Shown here in pieces: positions 36,514 to 50,500 of a stretch of DNA of 64,000 nt. Both the position numbers and the translations under genes were made by a program. Every line of letters begins with the position of its first letter. Within the stretch, counting starts at the first letter, position 1. The notes beneath the pieces are model-generated. The model was not told the DNA's origin, searched no databases, and worked only from the letters and a program-made list of their open reading frames with translations. Origin of the DNA: Eledone cirrhosa (Eukaryota); assembly GCA_964016885.1 (NCBI GenBank), contig OZ024741.1, forward strand, positions 47,926,001-47,990,000, read 5' to 3'.

Positions 36514-36514
36514 G

Positions 36515-36569
<55 letters not shown>

Positions 36570-36570
36570 C

Positions 36571-36633
<63 letters not shown>

Positions 36634-36643
36634 ATATAGATGA

Positions 36644-36692
36644 GATTCTACAGGACTAGATCTGTTTCATTCATTTGAAATCATCAGGAATC
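36644..36692 (-). ncRNA. Hammerhead ribozyme (family H4, inverted copy)
   Basis: Reverse complement of 36699-36747 with one loop change. Confidence 0.64.
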
Positions 36693-36698
36693 ATCAGG

Positions 36699-36747
36699 GA
36701 TTCCTGATGATTTCAAATGAATGAAACAGTTCTAGTCCTGTAGAATC
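36699..36747 (+). ncRNA. Hammerhead ribozyme (family H4)
   Basis: GATTC-CTGATGA-TTTCAAATGAAT-GAAA-CAG ttctagtc CTG-TA-GAATC. Stem II is weak. Confidence 0.66.
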
Positions 36748-36831
36748 TCATCTATATTAAAACTGTTATACTCTGCTATGTATTGAGTACCTTACTTACT
36801 GTGGTTACCTCCGATTCAACCCGGAATAACG

Positions 36832-36863
<32 letters not shown>

Positions 36864-36879
36864 CCTATATATATATATA

Positions 36880-36944
<65 letters not shown>

Positions 36945-37008
36945 ATATATATATATACATATATATACATATATATATACCTATATATATATATATACAT
37001 ATATATAC

Positions 37009-37054
<46 letters not shown>

Positions 37055-37062
37055 TTATATAT

Positions 37063-37658
37063 ATCATCATCATCATCATCATCAACGTTTAACGTCCGTG
37101 TTCCACGCTTGCATGGGTTTGGACGGGGGTAGTCCCACTTGAGGCAAGAGTGATTGTCTTGCTCGCATAGGACTGTCTGGCAGGTTTTCTACAGTTGGAT
37201 GCCCTTCCTAACACCAACCACATTTACAGTGTGGGGTCTGGGAGGTTTTTACCGTGTTGCCTACACGGCCACATTACAGCGTGGACTGTGTGTTTTTTTG
37301 TCGTGACACCTACACGATCTCATTTGTTTCGGCCTGGATGGCGCGGCACCAACATAACTTTACATAGAACGGGGTGGTGTGGATGGGGTGGGGGTGGCGG
37401 CGGGAGGGGTGTATTTTGTTAGAGATGCCTACTGGCAAGGCGGGTCTTCTCTGTTACTGAGTACCGCCAAAGGTCACGGTCCAGTGACATTGTCTTGGAG
37501 AGGTGTAAGTGTGTGAGGTCGGAGTTTATCAGCTCATCCCATGTTTTTCTAGGTCTGCCTATTCCGTGGCTACCGTCTATCTTTATTGCCCTGCACTTTG
37601 TAATACAGCTATCGACTTTCATGCGCATCACGTGTCCATACCAACGCAGCCTTCTCTC
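37063..37658 (-). mobile_element. RTE 3' fragment
   Basis: (ATC)n start, 3' UTR and C-terminal ERRLRWYGH coding. ~30 bp deletion across the stop codon near 37436. Confidence 0.9.
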
Positions 37659-37666
37659 ATATATAC

Positions 37667-37738
<72 letters not shown>

Positions 37739-37799
37739 GTATATATGAGAGAAGGCTATATACATATACATATATATTGAGGAGGCTATATACATATAC

Positions 37800-38760
<961 letters not shown>

Positions 38761-38816
38761 CACATATATATATACACATATATATATACATATATATACA
38801 TATATATACATATGTA

Positions 38817-39706
38817 CAGAGTGAGGACGATATTTATTCGCAATTTTCAACTGCTAATTGTTTGCAAATTTTTTTTACTTCCGTTGTCACTCTTGTCTTC
38901 ATAAAAACAGTGACTATATTTCCATTATTTATTTTCAGAATAATTGATTATGAATAATTTTGAACCTCCAAATTTGTGGAAGAGACACGGAGTTCTTCTT
39001 CAAATCCGCGGCGGGAGGATAAATAAGGACCAGAAGATCAACTCCCAGAACAATAGGTGGCTCGCTGTCTCATCCAAAGACGTGCCCAGAGTCATGCAGA
39101 CAAAGTTTCCAGCGACAACATTGGTCTTACGTGTCGTCAGCACTCAAGGTGACGTCATGCCACCTCACTTCTTTCCTGAGGGCCTCAAGCTGAACACCGA
39201 TGGCTACATCCGCGTTCTGAGCGAGGTAGTAAAACCCTGGATCGACCAGGTAGCTGCTGGTAGGCCGTACATGTGGCAGCAAGACTCAGCGCCCTGCCAT
39301 ACCCGCCGAAAGACCCAAGCCTGGCTGTCAGAGAACTTCGTCGACCACACTTGACTTGACATCTGGCCTCCCAGATCGCCTGACTGCAACCTCAACTCCT
39401 TTGTGTGAGGTGCAGTGGAATGAGACACCAACAGATCTAGCTGCAATACGAAAGATGATCTGAAGGCCAGGATCACAAGTGCCTTTAGGGGCCTAAGTCG
39501 GGGGACAGTGACGAAGGCTTGTAGCCGGTTCCGAGGCCGCCTTGAGGCCGTCATCAAAGCCAATGGCGGGTTTATCAAGTGAGATCGAAAGAACAAGTCA
39601 TGAAGCCAAACTGACTCAAGTTTGATAAATATATCTTAAAAAATAAAACTACTGTGTTACTTTTTCCTAGACAGTAATCTTGCCAACAAATATCATCCAC
39701 ACCCTG
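38817..39706 (+). mobile_element. Tc1/mariner DD37D (maT-like) DNA transposon, internally deleted
   Basis: TA target site. Imperfect ~27-bp TIRs CAGAGTGAGGACGATATT / AATATCATCCACACCCTG. Transposase remnant WQQDSAPCH...WPPRSPDCN with stops; spacing restores to D37D. Confidence 0.88.
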
Positions 39707-39989
39707 TATATATTGCGTCATATATATATTTATATTTATGAAATAGTCTAGTTTAGACAAGTTGATAACACAACCATATAAGGCAAAGAATAATTCGAAG
39801 CTCAAATGTGATTTTATTAGTCTACAGCAGATAGGTAAATGACAGTTCAGAGTGGAATCCAATCAGTTAATTTCCAATTATAGTAGTTTTACAATATTGC
39901 AGAGCAAATATAAAAGAATAAAATAACCAGAATTAAATTTAATATATATATGTATGGAAGGAAAGAAAGGAGTTAAAGAATTTCCTTGG

Positions 39990-40810
39990 AGGACTCTGGT
40001 ATTAATGAATAAGTTTCATTTGGGTGTTATTACAAGTGCTGAAGTATTCTCATACATGACTTTAATTGGATTCACAAACTGATGAGGTATCCTGCATGCA
40101 AGAAGAACTTAGACCATCTTCTTTTGGTCAATCAAATCAAAAGCCTTCTTGAAATCTATGAATGCAATTGCTGTCTCTTTGTTGTGTTTTCGTACCTCCT
40201 CAACAATACTTCTTTGAACCAAGATGTGTGAAATGGCTGAAATCTATTTTGGGTGGAATGTAGAGTGTTGTCAATACATGGTCTGATCCTATTCAATATC
40301 ATCCTACTGTAAGTCTTAGCTACAATTTGTGCAAGGCTGATACCTCTATAGTTGTACAGATGGTAAGGTCACATTTCTTGGGTAGTGGCACTATTCCTGA
40401 AATTCCCCATTCCTCAAGTCTGACCTTTAAAAGTTTCAATGCAGAAATCTTTTAGAAATTTGCAAGCTTTGGTTAGTTTCCATATGTCTAAAGTAAGGCC
40501 ATCAAGCCAAGGAGCTTTGCCTGGTTGTATTGCCTTTAGAGCAATGTCCACTTTTACAGAGAATTAAGTGATGCTTATCTCTGGATGAACTTTAAAAAAT
40601 GGGTCACTCTCTACATCTGGGGCACAATGATTGTCATCAACTGATAGAGGAAGTACTTCCACAAACTCCTAAGTCACAAGGAGATCTTCCCCTTGGATTT
40701 ATAACATATTTTCCCTCTTCTTTTAACCAGAAAGTTCTTTTATCAGTTTCTAAGCTTCTCTGGGTGTGTTGTTGTTACTATTCTCAAATTCAGCTAGGGT
40801 TTGGTTGATT
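39990..40810 (-). mobile_element. Old degraded LINE RT fragment (RTE-like)
   Basis: Minus-strand KAPGLDG, YRGISL, IAFIDFKKAFD with stops. Confidence 0.7.
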
Positions 40811-41005
40811 CTTTCATCCTTCAGATAGCAGTGAATCTTTTGGTAATGCTGTACATCTGAAACAGTAGGTTTGAGGGTGTTACTTCTAACTGTAACCATT
40901 GTTGTACTTTCAACATATATATATATGTGTGTGTTTATCTATATCTATCTATCTATCTATCCATCTATCTCTCTCTCTCTCTATATATATATTCATATAT
41001 TTTAT

Positions 41006-41130
41006 ATGAATGAAACAGTTCTAGTCCTGTAAAAGTAATTTTTATATATATAATAAAGACACCTATACTCTACCAACGTATTGAGTACCTTTTTTAACTG
41101 TGGTTAACCCCCGACACAACTCGGGTATCA
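41006..41130 (+). mobile_element. Half-hammerhead PLE remnant of family H4
   Basis: atgaatgaaacagttctagtcctgta and gtattgagtacct...actgtggtta both match 36717-36830. Confidence 0.62.
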
Positions 41131-42015
41131 ACAGGAACTTGTCTGATGATCCTGAGTAACAAGACTCATCACTTAGCCCTAATAAAGAATATTTAAACTC
41201 TACTTTGATATTCTCACGTCTGTCAATACCTCACAGTTATATATATATATATTTGAAAAGGGAGAAAGGTTCTATGCCAAACAGGTTATAGAGAAAAAGT
41301 AGAATTGGAAAAAGCTCGGAAAATATATTTAAAGAATCTGTTTTTCGTTTTTTCTTCTTTGGTCCGTTATAGGGACATTATTGAAAAAGATGAGAGGAAC
41401 AATTTAAAAAAAAAAAGGAGTTTTATATTATATATAAAATATTACTGGTTTCGATGTAATCCATCTTATCAAATGTTGAATATTACAATTAAAAAGAATT
41501 AAAAATTTAAAATTTAAAATTAAGTGTGTTCATCTTGTTGAGAAGAAGATATGAACAGACCTGCTTCAAAACTTAATTTTAAATTTTGCAAGCCCAATGT
41601 TCTAACCACTAAGCCATGCACAACTTCTTTTTAGCAAATATCAGTTATTTATACTCCTTAATACTACAGTCACTGTAATAACCATGTTGTGTGTAAAAAA
41701 ACTCCATAGTGGACTACTTCCATATATTCAGTTAAAGGTCACATAAAAAAGGCATCTTTCAAATTAGGTTTTCTGATGAGGCTAGAGTGAAAGCAGATAA
41801 CATTTGGACGACAAAGCCATACACAGTTTATTTCCTAACCCATTTTAAAAGTTGCAGTGGAAGTTAGTGACTAGGTCAGAAATAAAAATTTAGACACCCA
41901 GAAATATATTTTGTGTTTTTGAATTCCCCAAAAATTTACTATCTGTAATTGCTTTAGCTTCAACATATTGTCTCATATCCAGTTACTTGCTAGTCAAGTG
42001 CACCTCAAATATATA

Positions 42016-42093
42016 CAGGGTGTCCCCAAACATGTATACTCACTTTTATTAGAATACCATTGAAGAGTGTGTACATATTTATTGCCCACCCTG
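42016..42093. mobile_element. Small Tc1-like MITE; right end included in a 71-bp tandem duplication to ~42205
   Basis: TA-CAGGGTG...CACCCTG-TA. Confidence 0.6.
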
Positions 42094-42284
42094 TATATAT
42101 ACTGGTGCTAGGAAGGGCACCCAGTATATATACTAAGTGTGTACATATTTATTGCCCACCCTGTATATATACTGGTGTTAGGAAGGGCACCCAGTATATA
42201 TACTACTGCCAAAAACTAGTCCCACCCTTTCAAGTAGGGAAAAGCGGACGTAAAATGATGATGATGATGATGATAATTGTCGTC

Positions 42285-42562
42285 GTCATCATCATTTAAT
42301 GTCCATTTTCCATGCTAGCATGGGTTAGACAGGTTGTCCTGTTTGAGGCAAGTTGGGTCAGGTGACCATATCTTGCTCACATAGAACTGTTTCTGGCTTG
42401 GTTTCTATGGCTGGATGCCCTTTCTAATGCCAACCATATTTACAGTGTGTGCTGGGTGCTTTTTGTCGTGACACTTACACGACCACTTTACAGTGTGGGC
42501 TGTATATATCTATATATAGCCGTCGAAACGGCTTGAGGTCTGCCGTCGGGGTTAAACATTTT

Positions 42563-42620
<58 letters not shown>

Positions 42621-44642
42621 TATATATGTATGTATATTGGATTATTGTCCCAAATTCTGTTTTGAATATATTTTTATCTGACAACACCTGATTATGGATG
42701 CCTAGCTGACCCTTCTGGTCCTCACACACCAATACCTACACACTCACGCACATACATATATAAACATCCCCAATTGAATACACAGGCATAAACATGTACA
42801 TACATATATGCAAAAATATATATGTATACACAGACAAGAAGGCCTGCCTATGCACATAAACAAATTACATACCCGATGCGTATGAAGGATGACAGCTGCA
42901 TAAAAAGGTGCAGAGCACTAGAAGTTGATGGAAACCGCGGAGTGGGGAGACCCAAGATGACCTGGGATGAGGTGATAAAAGCCGACCTTACCCAATTACA
43001 CCTCTCAAAGGCAATGACACATGACCGTGACCTCTGGCGTCACGCAGTAATACAGAGTACCCGACCTCCCATGGGTACAAGCTGAAGCATATAGACAATA
43101 TGCCACCACCGCAAGGTGGTCGTGGAGGTGCCACGGCAAAAAAGCACCCAGCCCACACTGTAAATTGGACGTGTAGGCGCCACGAAAAAGCACCCAGCAC
43201 TCACTATAAATGAGGTTGGTGTTAGGAAGGGCATCCAGCTGTAGAAATCAAGCCAAATCAGTTCCTGTATGAGCAAGGCATGGTCAGCCGACCAGACACT
43301 GCCCACAACAGGACAACCCGTCTAACCCATGCTAGCCTGGAAGAACGGACGTAAAACGGTGATGATGATACATCCACTCAAAGAAATAGGGCAGAAGTTT
43401 ATATCATCCTCATCATATAACCAACATTTCACCAATCACTACAAACATCATATATTTTGTTGAATCACCAATTTGATGAGCAGATCGATACTTGAGTTGG
43501 GTCTGTAACTCCCATAGGTGACTTTGAGCGAATCATCTGTGAAACATGTGTAACAGGTCGATACACAATAAAAACATAAATACATGTAAATGAAACTTAA
43601 TTTTTCTTAATAAATACACTCTGCCTGTGCATCGAGTGTTTGTATTGATACCACCACCAGATATTCACTGAATCACATACATTATATATATATATATATA
43701 TATATATACTGTAAACGTGGTTGGTGTTAGGAAGGGCATCCAGTCATAGAAAACCCGCCAGACAGTCCTATACGAGCAAGACAACCAATCTTGCCTCAAG
43801 TGGGAAAATTCCCGTCCAAACCCATGCTAGCGTGGAAGATGGACGTTAAACGATGATGATGATGATGATGATGATAAGCCATGCTAGCGTAGAACATCGA
43901 TGTTAAATAATGATGATTATGATAGCAGGGTAGACTACAAAGAGGTCAGGCAGAAAGCTAGTCGACAAGTATTCTTAGCAAAGAAGGAAGCAGAGGAACA
44001 AACATTCAAATATGTTTTGCAGCGTGAGGACCAGAAATGGGAGGTGTTCAGGATTGCATGGCAGTGGGTTAGAGAAAAAGTACACAGTACTCACTATAAA
44101 TGAGGTTGGCGCTAGGAAGGGCATCCAGCTGTAGAAACCAAGCCAAAATCGGTTCTGTACGAGCAAGACATGGTCACCTGACTTGGCATTGTTCATAACA
44201 GGATAACTCATCGAACTCATGCCAGCGTGGAAAAATGGATGTTAAACGGAGATGATGATGATGATGTAATATGTATGTATATGTGTGTTTATATATATAC
44301 ATATATACATATATATATCATCATTACGTTTTACGTCCGTACTTCCATACTAGCATGGGTTAGACGGGTCGTCCTGTTGTGGGCAGTGTCCAGTTGGCTG
44401 ACCTTGTCTTGCTCATACGGGAACTGATTCTGGCTTGATTTCTACAGCTGGATGCCCTTCCTAGCGCCAACCTCATTTACAGTGAGTGCTGTGTACTTTT
44501 TTTCCATGGCGCCTACACGTTCACTTTACAGTGGGAGGGGTGGGGGCATATTTCTATATGCTTCGGCTTGTACCTGTGGGAAGTCGGGTCTTCTGTATTA
44601 CTGCGTGATGCCAGAGATCACGGTCCTGTGTCATCGCCTTTG
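42285..44642. mobile_element. Cluster of 3' fragments of older RTE subfamilies in both orientations
   Basis: Examples: 42876-43368 (+, [12 protein letters not shown]...), 43709-43875 (+), 43925-44265 (+), 42285-42500 (-), 44318-44642 (-). All have the aggaagggcatccagc core and (GAT)n tails. Confidence 0.8.
43473..43557 (+). ncRNA. Degenerate hammerhead in an old PLE remnant
   Basis: tTGATGA-GCAGAT...ATCTGT-GAAA-CATGTG-TA-ACAGG. C3 is mutated and the 5' arm of stem I is lost. Confidence 0.45.
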
Positions 44643-44711
44643 AAAACAAAATTTGTTTTGGTTCTTAACATGGTGGATACCAAAATGTATTCGTGAGTGA
44701 ATAATAATAAT

Positions 44712-45235
44712 TGTTTCGACATTTGGCGCAAGGTCAGCAATTACCCAGTGCATTACTGGTACTTTATTTTATTGACCCTGTAAGGATGAAAGACAAAGTT
44801 AACCTCGGCAGGATTTGAACTCAGAATGGCAAGGGCCGTAACTCTATCCGTCAAAGCATGGCGTCCGACCCTCTACCGATACTGCCAATCCACCAATAAT
44901 AATAATAATAATATAATATCATAATATTACGGACTGAGTTCAAATCCCGCCGAGGTTAACTTTGCCTTTCATCCTTACGGGGTCGATAAAATAAAGTACC
45001 AGTAATACACTGGGATAATTGCTGGCCTTGTGCCAAAAGTAGAAACAATAATTAATATTCGGTTTGTTTGCAAGCAAACATACGCCATGCTTTTCAGCAC
45101 AGTTATGTCCCTTTACAGACTGAGTTCAAATCCCGCCAAGGTTAACTTTGCCTTTCATCCTTACCAGGTCGATAAAATAAAAGTACCAGTAATACACTGG
45201 GATAATTGTTGGCCTTGTGCCAAAAGTAGAAACAA
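44712..45235. mobile_element. Cluster of second SINE family (one minus copy, two plus partial copies)
   Basis: B-box GAGTTCAAATC plus core gcctttcatccttacggggtcgataaaataaagtaccag. Other copies near 46425, 46545, 52600, 58355, 62980 and 63166. Confidence 0.78.
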
Positions 45236-45266
45236 TTATTATTATTATTATTATTCACGCACCTCT

Positions 45267-45607
45267 ATGGAGGCACATGGCTTAGTGGTTAGAGCATTGG
45301 CCTTGCAATCGAAAGGTGAGTTCAATTCTCAGACCGGGTGATGTGTTGTTTCCTTGAGCAAGACACCTTATTTCACATTGCTCCAGTTTACTCAGCCGTT
45401 GAAATGAGATGATAGGGACTGGGGTCCCTATCATTCCACTGCAAAGTGGTCGTGGAAGTGCCACGGCAAAAAAGCACCCAGCACTCACTGTAAATGAGGT
45501 TGGTGTTAGGAAGGGCATCCAGCTGTAGAAATCAAGTCAGAATCAGTTCCCGTCCCACCCTTGCAAGCAGGGAAAAGCAGACGTAAAATGATGAAAATGA
45601 TGATGAT
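45267..45607 (+). mobile_element. tRNA-derived SINE with RTE-like tail
   Basis: A/B boxes in the head. Tail ends acgtaaaatgatgaaaatgatgatg. Confidence 0.82.
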
Positions 45608-46247
45608 TCACAAATACATTTAGGTATCCACCATGTTAAGAGCAAAAACAAATTTTGTAAGTAAACGGCCACATAAACACCATGTTTTAGATGAGCAACA
45701 TCATCCTTTTCTACCAGCGGTAGCTGAGAGAAAATAATCAACAATTGTTTTGTAATTTTTGCTCCTTATTGAGACTGTGTATTATGTTCACTGCTACCCA
45801 CTGGAACTGCTGAGAATACATAGTATTCTTAAATGTATACATCAGCTGATTAGTCTCATTTGCATACCGAGTGATTTTTATGGCCAGCTTTGCCGAAAAT
45901 TAAAAAGGCTGATGTTGGTCATCTAGCACATGGTGTTTATGAGGCTGTTTACTTGTAAAGAAACTGAATATTAATAATATTCTTGGTTGTCCATCGTAAA
46001 CGATGATGACATCTTCATTGTTGTTCCCATCTGCCGTGGGTGCGAAGGTGGCAAAAGCAAATTTTGTTTTTTAATTTTTGGCAAAGTCTTGCTTTTCTTA
46101 ACCAGATTAATTTTGTAGCTAATGGTTTGTTTTTATTTGTTTTTCTCCTCACTATGGGCTCACTACATTCTGTGTGCCAACACCTCTTAACTATTTCAAA
46201 AGAACTTTTTATTATTTGTATTGATTATAGATTTTATTTCTTTCCAG

Positions 46248-46389
46248 AATCCCTTCTAGAATTGCAGGCAGCTAACAACAGAATTTATTCCTTACCAAAC
46301 TCTAAACATTGGAGCTGTCTTTACCTAAAAATCCTAAACCTTGGAAATAATTTTTTGGGACAAACTGCTGAAAGACCAATAGAAAAAAG
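46248..46389 (+). CDS. Exon of host LRR-ROC (ROCO/LRRK-like) gene, LRR region
   Basis: Acceptor ttttatttctttccag and donor ag|gtatt. Translates SLLELQAANNRIYSLPNSKHWSCLYLKILNLGNNFLGQTAERPIEK (LxxLxLxxNxL). Ends in phase 2, compatible with the next exon. Confidence 0.85.
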
Positions 46390-46655
46390 GTATTATTTTT
46401 CAACATAGAGTTGCAGACATTTATGTTCTGAGTTTAGCTTTGCCTTTTATCCTTATGGGGTCGATAAAATAAAGCGCTAGTAACGCACTGGAGTAATTGC
46501 TGGCCTTGTGCCAAAAGTAGAAAGAACTATTATGAAACATTAGGGTGGTGGATTGGCAGAATTACTAGAGTCTTAGACAAAATGTTTTGCAGTATGCAGG
46601 ATTTGTTCTGTCTCTTTAAATTCTGAGTTCAAATCCTGCCAAAGTCAATTTTGCC

Positions 46656-47252
46656 AGATCGTCAGCATAGAAAAGTTCCCATGGGCAGCCAGTCTTGGAG
46701 AACTATAATGAACAAGAGTTGGCTGAGGACCAAACCCTGATGAACTCCTACTTGTATCTGGAATTCCTTACTAAACTCCATTCCTACTCTCACTTTACTG
46801 ACAGCTCCTCTGTACATAGCTTGCACTGTCCTTAGAAGCCATTCCTCTACACCTAGTTTCCTTAGGGATCACCAGATGACATCGGAGTACTGTATCAAAG
46901 GTCTTCCCTAGGTCAACAAAACCTCTCTTGTAATTGTCTCACTAAGAAGAGGACATCTATTGTACCTTTCCCAGACACAAAACCAAACTGCAGCTCATCT
47001 AATTTGACTCTTTCTCTAATTAGTTGTGCTAGCACTCTTTCTGCTACTTTCATAACCATCAGTTTTATGCCCCTATAATTGCTCCGCTCCAGAGCATCCC
47101 CATTACCTTTGTAGGAATTTACAAGAATACTGCTACACCAGTCTTTGGGTATGATTCCGCCATATATAACTTGATTGACTATGCATGCAACCAGTTTAGT
47201 TCCTACTTCTCCTGATGCCTTCAGCATCTCAGCAACTATTCCTGACAGTCCA
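46656..47252 (-). mobile_element. Diverged RTE RT fragment
   Basis: SGIVAEMLKASG, NYRGIKL, QFGFVSGKGT, HQG, ELFYADDL. Confidence 0.85.
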
Positions 47253-47559
47253 TTTTGGAGGTTTTTCGCTATGAATTTTAATGTGACAATTGTCACAAAG
47301 TTAAAATTCATAGTAAATAGCTTTCAAAATGTTTTTTATAAACATCCTGTATATTATTAAGTATACATTACTCCCTTATTAAGTATATATTGCTCCCACT
47401 CTCTCTAACATATACGTCCCTCTCGCTCTCTCACTCCCTAATATAAATAAGAATATTACGAAGGGCAAAACCTCAGAATTTGTCAACTCTTATTAAATGG
47501 TCAGTCGATTCTACGAAAATGTAATGTATTATAGAACATTTTCTTCTTGTCTCCTTAAA

Positions 47560-50500
47560 ACCTGGTTCATTCATCCATATATATCTACAATCGTTGCTAT
47601 CCTTGCCCTAAATTAATCTTCTCCACGCTTGTTCTAAATAATCTCTCTCTTTGTAATCTTCTCCACGCTTGTTCTAAATAATCTCTCTCTTTGCTAACTA
47701 CCCTGTATCCCTCCCTTCCGCCCCCACTCTCCACCTTTACTATTTGGACCAATCACAAGTCAACGGCCTATGCTATCACTACTGGCTGCTTTTCGATATG
47801 ATGGATGGACTAAGGAATCTCTGGAGAGTCTGAAGAATCTGGACACTCGATGACAATGCCAAAGATAACGACAAATTCACCTCATGCTGCCGGACGAAAG
47901 GGCAAGGCCCCCCCCCTCTTTGTTTCGACCGCGGATGGCCAACATAACCCCAAACTCATTCCCCTCACCCCATCCTCCAAACACAATCCAAAACTTCAGA
48001 GTTGGTACCATGAACGTAGGCACCTTAAAAGGCCGCTCTAACGAGGTTGTAGAATTGCTTGAACGTAAGGAGGTTGATGTTTGCTGTATCCAAGAGACCA
48101 GGTGGAGGGGCGGGTCTGCTAGATTCATTGTGGGTAAAAAACGTTGCTATAAGCTTTTCTGGGTGGGGAATGACAATGGGATAGGTGGGGTAGGAATCAT
48201 GTTAGCAGAAAAATGGGTGGATAAGATAATAGATGTAAATAGAGTGAATGACAGAATAATTAAAATAAGACTTGTTCTAAACAGAACTACTGTGACAGTA
48301 ATATCTGCATACGCGCCCCAATCCGGACTGCCTGGAGCTATAAAAGACAGATTCTATGAGACACTGATGCTCACTACCTCCCAAATAACCGACAGTGACT
48401 ATATAATTATTGCTGACGACCTAAATGGTCACGTTGGACAACATTGTGACGGCTATGACGGAATCCACGGAGGCTATGGGTTTGGTACTAGAAACAAGGA
48501 AGGCTCCAGAATCCTGGAATTCTGTGATGCAAACAACCTAACTATCTGTAACACCAACTTCAAAAAACGAGACAATCACTTGATCACCTACAGATCAGGA
48601 GAACATACCAGCCAGGTAGATTATATCCTTACCAGAAGACGTGACAGAGTGTCTGTTGTAAACACTAAATCCCTTCCCCATGAAGAATGCACCTCCCAAC
48701 ATAGACTGATAATTAGCGACCTCATAGTCAGGACGAGACGTACTAGACAGCAGAAGAGGACTATCCTCAGGAGAAAAATATGGAAGCTAAAGGATCCCAC
48801 AGCCAGAAATAAATTTCAAAGCATATTACTTGATGCTTTCGACAGTAAGGAAGAGCAATTAGAGTCGTACAAGGAAGAGGAACAGTGGGAATTCCTGAAA
48901 GCAAACCTGCTGATGGCGGCAGACGAAGTCTGTGGCTTGAGCAGGCCTGTAGGCAGGAGGAGAGTAACATGGTGGTGGAACAGTAAGGTGGAGGGGTCAA
49001 TCAAGGCCAAAAAGCAGGCTTGGAAAGCATGGCGGGATGGGGGAAGTAGAGAAGACTATCAAGTGGCCAGGAGGGAAGCTAGGAGACAAGTGTACTTCGC
49101 AAGAAGGGAAGCAGAGGAAAGAAAGTTCAAGCATGTTCTACAACGCGAGGACCAAAAACGCGAGGGGTTCAGGATTGCTAGGCAATGTGTCAAGGAAAAG
49201 CGTGATATTGTCGGGGAGAAGTGTGTACTTAACGATGATGGTGTACTTGCCATCACTGACGCTGATAAGAAGGTAGCTTGGAAGTGTCACTACGAAAGGC
49301 TACTAAATGAGGAGAATAAATGGGAGAAAGACAGTCTCCCCCACATCGACCCAATAGAGGGACCAGCAGTGTTAGTCGAAGGTAGTATAATAAGTAAGGC
49401 AATCAAAGATATGAAGACGGGTAAGGCGGCTGGGCCTTCGGAAATAGTTGCCGAGATGCTGAAAGCCTCTGGTACGGTGGGACACACCATGGTCACCCGG
49501 ATAGTAAACCAAGTCATACAGAATGGGGTTGTTCCGAAGGACTGGCGTAGCAGCATCATCGTTAACTGTTACAAGGGTAAAGGAGACACCCTAGATAGGA
49601 GTAACTATAGAGGCATTAAATTAATCGACCAGGTCATGAAGGTCACGGAAAAAGTAATAGCGCAACTAATCAGAGAGAGAATTGATCTAGATGAAATGCA
49701 GTTCGGGTTTGTGTCAGGCAAAAGTACCACAGACGCTCTTTTCATTGTACGACAACTACAGGAGAAGTACCTAGCTAAAAGTAAACCCCTATACTTAGCT
49801 TTTGTCGACTTGAAGAAAGCCTTCGACAGAGTCCCCCGTTCCATTATCTGGTGGGCTCTTAGAAAACTAGGTGTTGTCGAATGGCTTGTGAGAGCTATAC
49901 AAGCCATGTATAAAGAAACAGTCAGCAAGGTTAGAATTAACAACGAATATAGTGAAGAGTTTAGCGTAAAAGTTGGTGTCCATCAGGGCTCTGTTCTCAG
50001 CCCCCTACTATTTATTATTGCCCTTCAGGCTATAACAGAGGAGTTCAAGACCGGCTGCCCATGGGAACTCCTATACGCAGATGATCTAACGCACATAGCT
50101 GAATCAATGGCTGAAACATGGAAGCACGGCCTAGAATCAAAAGGCCTTAAAATTAACCTGGCTAAGACCAAAGTTCTAGTTTGTAGGAAAGAAAATAAGG
50201 CGCCGGTCCCTTCCGGGAAATGGCCATGCTCAGTGTGTAGGAAAGGCGTAGGTAGAAATTCCATTTTATGTCCCAAATGCAAAGTATGGGTGCATAAAAG
50301 ATGTAGTGGGATCACAGGTAAGCTAACTAAGAACACAGATTTTACATGTGGCCGGTGCTCTGGTGCAATAAGTAGCAGCAAGTGCCCACAAAATACTAGC
50401 TCTTTCAATTGCGCAGAGGGTTCTATAGAAATAGTGGACAGCTTCCGTTACCTGGGTGACAAAATCAGCAGTGGGGGAGGGTGCTCTGAAAGTACAGTAG

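Larger units (their letters stand above)
36631..36830 (+). mobile_element. Fold-back mini-element with two divergent hammerheads
   Basis: 62-bp arms (36631-36692 / 36699-36760, one mismatch), followed by a tail containing GTATTGAGTAC. Confidence 0.72.

Noticed and set aside
41773-41805. CTGATGA...GAAA hammerhead-like spacing
   Set aside because: No credible stem I or stem III pairing. Likely chance.
45267-45345. tRNA-like sequence with A/B boxes
   Set aside because: It is a SINE head that continues into the SINE body and RTE tail. No convincing cloverleaf.
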